Origin: the human T2T-CHM13v2.0 reference genome, Homo sapiens
Length of the DNA: 64,000 nucleotides
Direction: 5' to 3' (one strand)
NCBI RefSeq assembly: GCF_009914755.1
Contig: NC_060944.1
Shown: positions 54,170 through 64,000 of the stretch, one piece after another
Layout of the letters: the number at the start of each line of letters is the position of its first letter
Position numbering within the stretch: position 1 is the stretch's first letter
Position numbers and translations under genes: made by a program
The notes under the pieces: generated by a model
The model's input: the letters and a program-made list of their open reading frames with translations, nothing else
The model's database searches: none
Told to the model about the DNA's origin: nothing

Positions 54170-55630
54170 TTGGTTTACTGTTTTTAATCAGATATGTCAT
54201 ATGTACAAAAGGATGTGTGTCATGTCAATATATGCTTAAAAGAATGATAATAAAGTCCTGTATATTTACCATGCAGATTAAGACACAAAACATCATCCTA
54301 CTTTAGAGATCCCCACTGCACCCTCCCAACGCAAGGTGCCACAGAAATGTCATTCATTTATCACTTAGTTTTGTGCAGCTTTTGACTTCATCTAAATGAA
54401 ATCACACCATATATATTCTTTTGCAAGTGGCAAACACATTGTGGTATTTCTCAAATTCATCTACATTGATGTGTCTATCTGTGTTTTATTTTCATAGCTG
54501 TTTAGAATTACATACCTTAATTTATTTGTTTCTCTATTTCATGGACATTTGGGTTTCTGTTTTTTGTTGTTATGATGATGATTGCTACTGAAAACATTAT
54601 TACATGAGTTTCTCCAGGGTACTTAAGTAGGAGAGAATTTGCTGGGATGAAGAGTATGAACATCTTCAACAGTTTTAGGATCTGAGAACTAGCCAACCAA
54701 TATCCAGATATAGTAATACTATCAGTTTACTGATTCCCACCAGCAGAACGTGAGAGATCCCCTGCTCCTCCTCACTGCCAAGACTTGGAAATCTCAGATC
54801 TTTAAATATTTCCCTATCTGTTGGGTATAAATCTCATTTTGTTGTGGTTTTAACTTTATCTCCCTCCTCTTCCTTATTATTATTATTATCAGAGACAGGT
54901 TCTTGCTCTTTTGCCTGGGCTAGGATGAAATGGCATGATCACAGCTCAGCTCACTGCAGCCTCCATCTCTGGGCTCAAGTGATCCTCCTGCTTCAGGCTC
55001 CTCAGTAACAAGGACTATAGGTGTGAGCCACCACACCTGGCTAATTTTTAAATTTTTTGTAGAGATGAGGTCTCCTATGTTGACCAGACTGGTCTCGAAC
55101 TCCTATCCTCAAGCAATCCTCCTGCCTTGGCCTCCTAAAATGCTGGAATTGCAGGTATGAGCCACAGTGCCTGACCGTATTATTAATTAAAGCATTTTTT
55201 CTTTTGTTTGCTTATTTTTTTTCTATTTATTTTGAGAAAAGTCTGTTCATGTCTTTGGCCTCCTTTTTTATTGAGTTGTGCTTTATCTTATTAATTTATA
55301 TATTCAGAGTGCTCTCCTTTTGTCTGTTAAATATGCTGCAAGTATCTTCTCTCAGTTGGAAGGTTTACTTTTGTTGTCTTTTGAAACACAGAGATGTACT
55401 GAACTTTAATGTACTCGAATTCATCAAACTTTAATAATTTATACTTTTTTATCAGTTTCAGTAATCCCATAGTCTGTGCTTATATCTCTTTCTATAGCTT
55501 CTTACCAATAATTTTAAAGTTGTATTATTTTCATTTAGGTATTTAATTCGACTGTAATTTACAAGTGGTATGTAATAGGGAACAATTTATTTGGCCTAAA
55601 TGCATACACAATTTTCCCAACACATTTATT
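54170..55630 (-). mobile_element. Old L1M fragment interrupted by an AluJ
   Basis: atggacatttggg..aatttgctggga..ttcccaccagcag..caattttcccaacacatttattga. Confidence 0.7.
54874..55176 (-). mobile_element. AluJ with (TTA)n tail
   Basis: Complete diverged dimer. Confidence 0.9.
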
Positions 55631-55697
55631 GAGTGGTCCTGTGGTGAGTGACCTTAACCTTCATTGTCTGTAAAATGGGGGTGATAACAGGAATTAT

Positions 55698-56735
55698 CTG
55701 TGCTTGTTTTCCAGTGCCATGTAACAAATACCTCCATATCTTGCAGCTTAAAACAATACGTATTATCTCACAGATTTTGTGGGTCAGGGATTTGGCTGTC
55801 TCTGGCTGAAGGTGTCTCACAAGGCTGCAAAGCAAGGTCCTGATGGGGCTGTAGTGTCCTCTGAATAGTCACCTGGGGAGGATCCTCTTCTTAGCTTACT
55901 CATGTAGTTGTTGGTAGGTTTTAGTTCTTATGGGCAATCAGGCTAAAAGCCTCAGTTTCTTACTAGCTGTTGGCCAGAAGTCTCCCTTAGTTCTTTGCTA
56001 TCCAGGCCTCTCTGCAGGGCAGCTCACAACATAGCAGCTGGCTTCCCTCAAAGTCAGTGAATAAGAGAGTGAAAGAGGCATCTCAGGTGTCATCCACAGC
56101 CCTTTTATATCCTCATCTTGAAAGTGATATCCCAGGGCCGGATCTGTAATCCCAGCATTTTGGGAGGCCAAGGCAGGTGGATTACTTGAGTCCAGAGGTT
56201 TGACACTGGCCTTGAAAACATAGTCAGACCCCTTCTTTACAAAAAAATTAAAAAAAAATTAACTGGGCATGGTGGGACACTCCTGTGGTCTCAACTACTC
56301 AGGAGACTGAGGCAAGAGGATCACTTGCGCCTGGGTGGTTGAGACTGCAGTGAGCCATGATTGTGCCACTGCACTCCAGCCTGACAGCAAGACTTGGTCT
56401 CAAAAAACAAACAACAAAACAACAACAAAACATTCTATCATGGACCAGTGTTAGAAACATCCTTGAACTGGAGTTGGAATTTTCTGCTTCAGAAAAAAAA
56501 ACTCCAGACCCCATCTCAAAAAACAAACAAACAAACAAAAATTTAAAAATTTTTAAAAAAGGAGGCAAGAAGGAGACACATTCCACATTCCATTTCTTCT
56601 GCTATTCTCTATTTCTTAGAGGTTATATTCTCTTCCTAATAAGTCCAGCTCCCATTCAAGGAGTGAGGGATATACAGGGTGTGAATGCCAGGAGATGGTA
56701 ACCAATGGGAGACTCTGTAGACGCTGCCTTCCACA
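55698..56735 (-). mobile_element. MLT1-type LTR inserted in a MIR and interrupted by an AluJ (56136-56430)
   Basis: gtaacaaata..cagcttaaaacaa..tatctcacag..tgtgggtcagg and aagtccagctcccattcaaggag..gtgaatgccagg, with MIR halves on both sides. Confidence 0.75.
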
Positions 56736-56947
56736 CTAGTTCATAGACTTTCTGTGAGGATTCAATGACTTACTATGAGAAAGGTCCTGAGACTTCCACG
56801 GACTATAGAGGCACTTAGGTTAGCATTTGCTGCTAGCATTTTGTCTATCATCTCGCTGGCTTTTGTTTCACACACCAGGTTTCCATATATGCGTGGCCAA
56901 TGTCTTGGCTCCATTAGACCTAGTCGTTTATTTTTCTATTCCTGTAG

Positions 56948-57225
56948 TGTGATGGTTAATTTTACATGTCAACTTAGTTGGGATAAAGGATGCCTGGATA
57001 GCTGGTAAAATATTTCTGGGAGTATTGGAGGCTGTTTGCAGAAGAGACGCTCATTTCAGTTGGTAAACTGAGTCAAGAAGATGGCCCTCCCCTGTGTTGG
57101 CAGGCATTGTCCAATTCCTCCAGGGCTAGAACAGAACAAACTGGTGGTGGAAGGGAGAATTCACTCACTTGTTGATCTGGGATATCCATTTCTCCTGTTC
57201 TCGGCCATTGGAGCTCCTGGTTCTA
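56948..57225 (+). mobile_element. MLT2 (ERVL) LTR 5' part
   Basis: tgtgatggttaatttta..tgtcaactt..gatagctggtaaa. Confidence 0.8.
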
Positions 57226-59569
57226 CTACATGTGGCAATATTTGGAATTTTGATTTATTAGTCTGTATAACATTAAAGTCTCAATAGCTGGTAAGGGAAG
57301 CCCTCCAGCATCCATTTTGGCCTTGCTATTTCTTTTCATGAGATTTTGGCTAATCTTGGCCCCTTGGTCCTCCATCTAAATGTTGGAGTCTGACTGCCTG
57401 CAGCGCACATTGGGGTCACATTCCTATGCCTTAGAGAGAGGAGAAGCTGGGTGCGAAGATGATGCCAGTTGCTTTGCTGGAAACATGGGGTGGCTCTGCT
57501 GACAGAGGGCAGAGTGAAAGGGGGTGAAGCATCTTTTCCAGCCCCCGCTACTAATAGACCACTGGGAGCTACGGCAGCTGAAGGTTCAGGCATCTCAGCC
57601 TTGTTTCCCAGCAAAGCAGTGACAGAGAATGTGTAGGGGCCAGTGTCTGGCGGTGGTGGAGGCTGGTGCAAATTATTAGCACTGTGCTGCTCCTCATTAG
57701 CACTGTGGGACTCCTCTGTTTTGTCTCCTGCTTGCTCCTTGTCCCACTGCCCAGTATTGCGGAGGCAGATGATTGAGTAAGTGGAAAGAACAACCCCTGG
57801 GGAATAAACTGACTCTAAAATTTCAGCGAATTTTAAAATTCAAAAATCTGAAGTTGTTATAGATTCAGTTGAACAAGCAGAGTGTAGAATTTCCTTTCAA
57901 ATTTTCCTTTTCATATTAAGAAGTGACCTTGAGGAGAACTGCAGTTTTACTGTGCCCACAAAGTCACAATGCAGTTGGGGAGCTGAAGGGTTGTTGCATC
58001 CCTTTTCAGATGTTTCTGATAAAACACAAATAGGAAAGCCATTGACACAAGGCCTCAAATCTCTTTTGGAGGAATATAAAACTTCAAATAAATGCAGAGT
58101 AACTTCTGAGAATCTGAGATATTTCAACAAGTGCATGTACCTTTTATGAGGAACTGAGTGGAGATTTGTGATGGAGGAGGCGGGGTTCCCCCAGTGGCCT
58201 GGCATCAGAAAATGGTATGGAAAGAAGAGATGCTCTTCATTTTGCATAGCATCTTCCTGGTCTGTGAAGCTAGCTCCATAGTACTAATGATGTATGAGCA
58301 GGCATGATAGGGAATTACCACAATTACACGTGGTAATATTTACTCAGCTATTTGAAGAACTCCAGAGCTGAGTCTTTGCTAATTAGATTCGCCACCTAAT
58401 GGCTATTCTTAATTCATGAAAAACATTTTCAGAGGATTTAATGATCTGGATCAAGCAGAAGTGTGGTGTGTTGCACACACATTTAAATGACTCCTCAAAA
58501 ATTGCAGGGGCTGGGCCGGGGAGATTTTTATCACCCAAAACCCATTTGGCCTATTGAAATCAGAATTATTCCCTCAACTTCTGTAATGCTGCCCTACCAA
58601 GTAATAGGGACTCTTCTTGATAAAAATGATTTGGGAAACAAAAAAAGGGATAGAAAACTCTATTTATTATTTTATAGTTACACGGCATTATACTAGACCA
58701 AATAATTCTCCCTTAATTAGCTTTGCTGGAGAAAAACAAAGAAAGGAGAGTGATTAGAGAAGACAGAAATTTTTATACATAATTTTAAACTTTTTATTAA
58801 GGCAGATTTCCCTTTGAGCTGTTAGAAACCTCACTGTCTTTGTTCTTACAGGGAATAATAAAGAAACCAGGGAATTTCAGACAAGGACAAAAATGTTCCA
58901 GCCTCCCTTTGGCGGGAGGTCAGCAGTTGTGTCCTGTGGTAGCTGAGTCTGCAAGGGCTGGGCAGAGACAGATGTGGAGGCTCTGCTCAGTCAGGTCAAT
59001 GACCAAAGGCTGCATTTGACGTCATCTTCACGCTCTGCAGAGGAGACAGAGTTCTTATGTGCATTCAATTAAAAGGAGCCAGGAGAAATGGGCTTTAATT
59101 TGAGCAGAAGAACTTTCATAGGGATAAACCTTTGCATTGGTTCAGGGATGGGACAACAAGATAGGTAGGTGGTGTAACTATAATGATTAGTAATGTGGTG
59201 TGGGGCTCTCTGTCCATTTGTCTGGAGATCCTCAGGAAGGGAACAGTGTGTATCCAGGTGCCCCTTGGGTTGTCTTGGATGAGGTAGAGGGGCTGCCTCT
59301 GCTGGTTTCTCCTGGTTTTTCCAGATTGTTTCATTGCATGAAGCATCTAAGAATGCACTGTGTGGATGGCATGAGCTCCTTATTGATTTCACTTTCAGAA
59401 CTGATCAAATTTTCCTGTCTCTTAACCTTCTAAACACCATCAGTCTCCCACTTCTTGCATTTATAAAATGTGTCACCCAATGCATTTCTATGCTAATGCA
59501 GTTGTTAATGGCGCTAGACAGGAAGTAGTTTCTTCTCCTTCACAGACAATTTAGAGCTCCCCCCAAGAT

Positions 59570-59571
<2 letters not shown>

Positions 59572-59599
<28 letters not shown>
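59572..59599. repeat. (CA)n microsatellite
   Basis: Direct read. Confidence 0.93.
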
Positions 59600-59602
<3 letters not shown>

Positions 59603-61606
59603 TAGATAGATATGTTTATTTTATATATATGCAGGTGCCTATGTGGGCGTATATGGCTTTTGATTTCTAGAACTTATGAGCTTATAGTTAGTAGACAGTA
59701 ATTTAAGAGCCAACTGGGCTAAATATTATGATGGTCAATTCAAGTTTTTCTCCCTGGCCATGAGAAAATTATTCCTTTTATCCTTTTCACAATAGTTTGA
59801 TGCACCACACACAATTAAACACATCATATAAATGACTAAAATAAGTTAGCATTTGTCCCAATCTTGTCATCATCATGTCAAAGAAAATAACAAAACAGCA
59901 TTATTCAGCAATCTGAATTGGCTGCTTTAACAAGCTGAGTTGCTTACGGAGACTGAAGCTGAAAGGTAGCCTGTTCTGGGATTTTCTTTCTCACGAAAGT
60001 AAAAGACACACTCTAGTCCTGTGCATCTGTGCATTTAAGTGTGTGTGTACGTGTGTTTGTAAAGACATCAAAGAAAAGCTGAAGTCAACGTTTGGAGTCA
60101 GGTTTTGCATGTGAATCCGGGGCCTCCTTTAGGATAAAATCCTTAGGAAGACGGCCCCATGTCTTTCTGCCTTTTCCCCCCAACAAATCCTCATCGTAAT
60201 TATTTGTTGTCCTGCACTTCTGCATGCTGGAATCAGTGTTGGCATGACATGATTAAACACAGAGCAGGCACATTTGGCAGGGGCTGGGTGTGGATACACA
60301 CACTGCAGAAAGGCCAGCTGGGCCCTGCCACCTGCCGCTCCTGGTGATGGTGTTTGCTTGGTTCCCCCTCCCAGCTTTGGGGGTGACTGGCTGTTGCTGG
60401 AGATAAAACGAAGCCAGGCAAAATGTTTTGACATCTTGAAAGGTTTGGCAATTCACCTGGCTATTTTACTTCTTGTGTGACTTTACACATTCTTGAATAT
60501 TTACTTATTCTTGAACATTTATTTTCAACCTACCATAAACCTTGTAATTTTATGCACATTATTAATCTTACTGTAAACCATTCAACCAAGATTTGTAGTA
60601 GGTTTTGCCAAATAGTACAAAGGAAACATCGGTTTAATAAATGAAAAGGCAGAAAATAATGAGTGTGCAATTCTTCAAATATTGCTCACTTTTTTGTAAA
60701 GCTTGCTTGATTTTTAGTCATAGTAAAATTTATGCTATGTACCTCTTCAATTTCTTTATTTTGTCTGGAAGTGCCTTATCAGAGGGGATTAAAACTAAAA
60801 GCTAAAAAATGAGGTTTAAATACTGATGCCATGGAAGTTTGAGGCTTCCTTGATGTGGCGCGTGTTCTCAGCTCCCTGGATAACTCAAATACTAGAGAGC
60901 CAAAGGGAGCATCAACTATAAGAACTTACTGTGAGGCCCACAACTCTACTGAACATTTTTCATTTTTGATTTAGGTAATACATGCAATTGAAAAACTACT
61001 TCTTTGTGAGGTCTATATACCAAATATCACTTCAGATCATTTCTTTTTTTATATATAGTATATTTTTATCGACATAATTGTATGCTTTTTTTTGACATAG
61101 GTTTAGAAAAACATTAAGCAGAGAAAAAAATCAAATATGCTTGGCACCTAAATATTCACATTTATGATTTTGATTTATTTCCCATTGTTTTATTTTCCTC
61201 TAGTCACTGAAAAATTCTTGAATAAAATTTTTTTCTTTTTCTAGTTTTATTTAATGTGAAAAAGGCCAAATAATATATTTAAGCCACCTGCACTGCAAGT
61301 GTGTGAAATAATTCCAGCTTTGATCAGAGTTTTAGAGTTTCAATTTAAAATTATTCAGAGAGGGTTAAGTGATAATGTTTAACATTCATCTTTTGTAAAG
61401 CTTGACTGTTTATTCCTCTAAAGGACACAACAGTGGAAAAGCATCCTGTTTTAAAAATGGAGGCAACATTGCAGTCTGCACATTGATGGTGTGGAACTCA
61501 TCCAATTTCTGTTTAAATGTATTAAGGGAGAATCTTAAAAAGTTATATGATCATGAATACAAAAGTATAATTTAAAACACTTATCCCATGAGATATTTAA
61601 ATACTT

Positions 61607-61915
<309 letters not shown>

Positions 61916-63429
61916 TCACTACATAAAAAAAGGGTTCCATGGTTAAGAAAGCTCGGGAATCTTGGTGTCAAATAAGAGTAAAAGGGCCTCCTTCCTATAC
62001 CATGACTGCTCAGAATCGGGAATGTGCTTATGTGTTTTGAAGGAGATTGTGAGCCTCAATAGTCTCCAAACACAAGGATCCAGATAATTGTTTTCCCCTT
62101 GGAGTACATTGAGGGACAACGATTTTAGAGAACATGCCTTGGGTGGAAAAATATGCATGTATTTCCAAACCACTGTGCAAATGTATTTTTAAGGATGGGA
62201 GTTCCGTTTTACTTTGATTTTCACATGTTTACTTTGTCGTGGTCATTGTTACATTTAAAGCTGAGTTCCCACAAAAATATTGGTGGGCTCTGGCAGTTGC
62301 ATTGGCTCCGTGGGTCATAGAGTGTACCCATGATGGTTAGGTTGGCAGGTCTTTGGAAGTTTGAATGATGGTTCCAGGCATGGATCCGAAATTCTGAATA
62401 TGAAGAAACCCTTAGTTGAAAAAATCGACTCTTTCACTTAAGAACAGTCCCTTTGGAAGTTTTCATTAAATTACTTGTTTCAGATTTTGAGTATATATAC
62501 TGTGTTATTTTTCAGATATTATTTTTAGGCTTTTGAACAGAGAGAAAAATAAAACAGAGACTATTTTACCTATAACCATGTGTGACTTTTAAAGCAACAG
62601 TTATATCTCCAGAGAGATTTCAGAAGGTGGCAATAACATGTTTGCCATGCTATAGTGTAGTGTACTAAGCAAGTCATAGTTGATGTTGGTGTGCACTGCT
62701 ATCAAAGGATATGACATAGTTTAGATACTTGCCTGTAATAAGTGTACCTTGCCTTGCAGACAATATTGTCATCAATTTAGGAAACATGCTTCAGTGAAGA
62801 TTAATTTGGAATAACCTATAAGCAAAATGACTGTGTGGTTTATGAAAAAATATGAAAAAACTAAAAAACAAAATAAATAGCATGCATCTGTTGACTGTTT
62901 GCTCTAGCTCACGTGATCTCCTCGGCTTTGATACCATCGCCTCACACATTTAGTTAGGTAAACATGATTCGCAGAGGGCTGAACGCATCTCCGGAACCAG
63001 ACATTTGGCATTAAAAACCAAAGATCATGTAATTACTAAAGTGATCGGATCAGGCTCTGATTTCATTTTTAAGTGCTTGCTTATTGTTTCTTAATAGTTT
63101 CATTGGATATTTCATAAACATTTACTCTTAATAGGTTGGTCTATATCCGGAGAGCACTTGTGGGCAGTACTGTTCAGTGAACCTCTGCTTCTCTCCTGCA
63201 CAGTGTCTTAAGTTGGCCCCAGGAGCAGTGTCTGAAATAGAGATAGACAGTCTGATGCCTGGGATTGCCTGGGGAAGGGCTCTCAGGAGAGCAGCGTTTG
63301 GGAGGAGGTGAAGCTGGCTGAGAAAAGGGAAGGAGCCAAGCAAGGGTGTGGTTTCAGGTGCCCTCCAAGAGAAAGAATGAGGCAGGCTAAAGGGATGAAG
63401 GGAAAAAATCTAGGGGGAGGAATTTTAGA

Positions 63430-63680
63430 TTCAGGTCTTTCTGAGGGGTGAGATCCAGGCAGGATCCAGATGATGTGAATATATGTGGGCAGAAAGTACC
63501 CCAGGCAGAGGGAACAGCATGTGCAAAGACCCTGAGGTGAGCACCTGTTTGGCGTGTTCAAGGACCAGCAAGGAGACCACTAGGGCTGAAATAGAAAGAA
63601 CCAGAGAAGAGTGGAGGAAAATGCAGCAGGACCTGGTGAGTTGCGGCAGAAAGGAGAATTCTACCCTGATTCATTGAGGG
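63430..63680. mobile_element. L2 fragment
   Basis: ccaggcagagggaacagcatgtgcaaagaccctgagg..ggaccagcaaggagacc. Confidence 0.8.
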
Positions 63681-64000
63681 GCACACAATTTCCAGTGTGA
63701 CCTTCAACTTCTCCACATGCCCATCTTGTCGTCTATAAAATAAGATAAAGAGCTGGATGTTCTCCCAAGTCACACTAGCCCTAAAGTTCTGTGATTCTAA
63801 AATGAATAAGACTTACTTCCTCACCTGTCAAATGAAGACGAGTTGCTCTTAAACCTGAAGACAATTAATAGACAATGTGAAATTTCCCAGAACAAGAGCC
63901 CATGACATTGTTGTGGAAGGGGGAATTGTTGTTTAAAAGCTTAGTGCCATTTAGGAAGCAAACTGAGGAGCTCAGTGTCCCAGAAACCAACCTAATGGTG

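Overview
Mammalian (human, chr20p11) FOXA2/HNF-3beta locus. The only protein-coding gene I can support is FOXA2 on the minus strand: coding exons 13647-13561 and 12523-11219 give 463 aa. A 457-aa isoform uses upstream non-coding exon ~14832-14644 spliced to 13630. Two same-strand lncRNAs flank it. LINC00261/DEANR1 starts near 8010 and runs off the left edge. LNCNEF/LINC01384 runs ~36890 to ~16890, with exons reconstructed from splice and polyA signals. The rest is regulatory DNA and gene desert with CpG islands, Alu/FAM, MIR, L2, old L1, MaLR/ERVL LTRs, MER5 and microsatellites. Best second-look items: the Gli site of the floor-plate enhancer (4623-4643) and an identical Gli 9-mer upstream (23269); a 15/16 Brachyury/T-box palindrome between the two FOXA2 promoters (14202); a TEAD core resembling the node/notochord enhancer (29755); matching UPRE elements at the LINC00261 and FOXA2 promoters; a FOXA2 polyA signal inside an antisense L1 3' end; a recent 116-bp tandem duplication; an FXR IR1 next to a perfect CRE (58993-59024); and a triple target-site duplication. 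I found no evidence for a new protein-coding system. lncRNA names, transcript ends and enhancer orthologies rest partly on recalled knowledge, and repeat subfamilies were called by eye.
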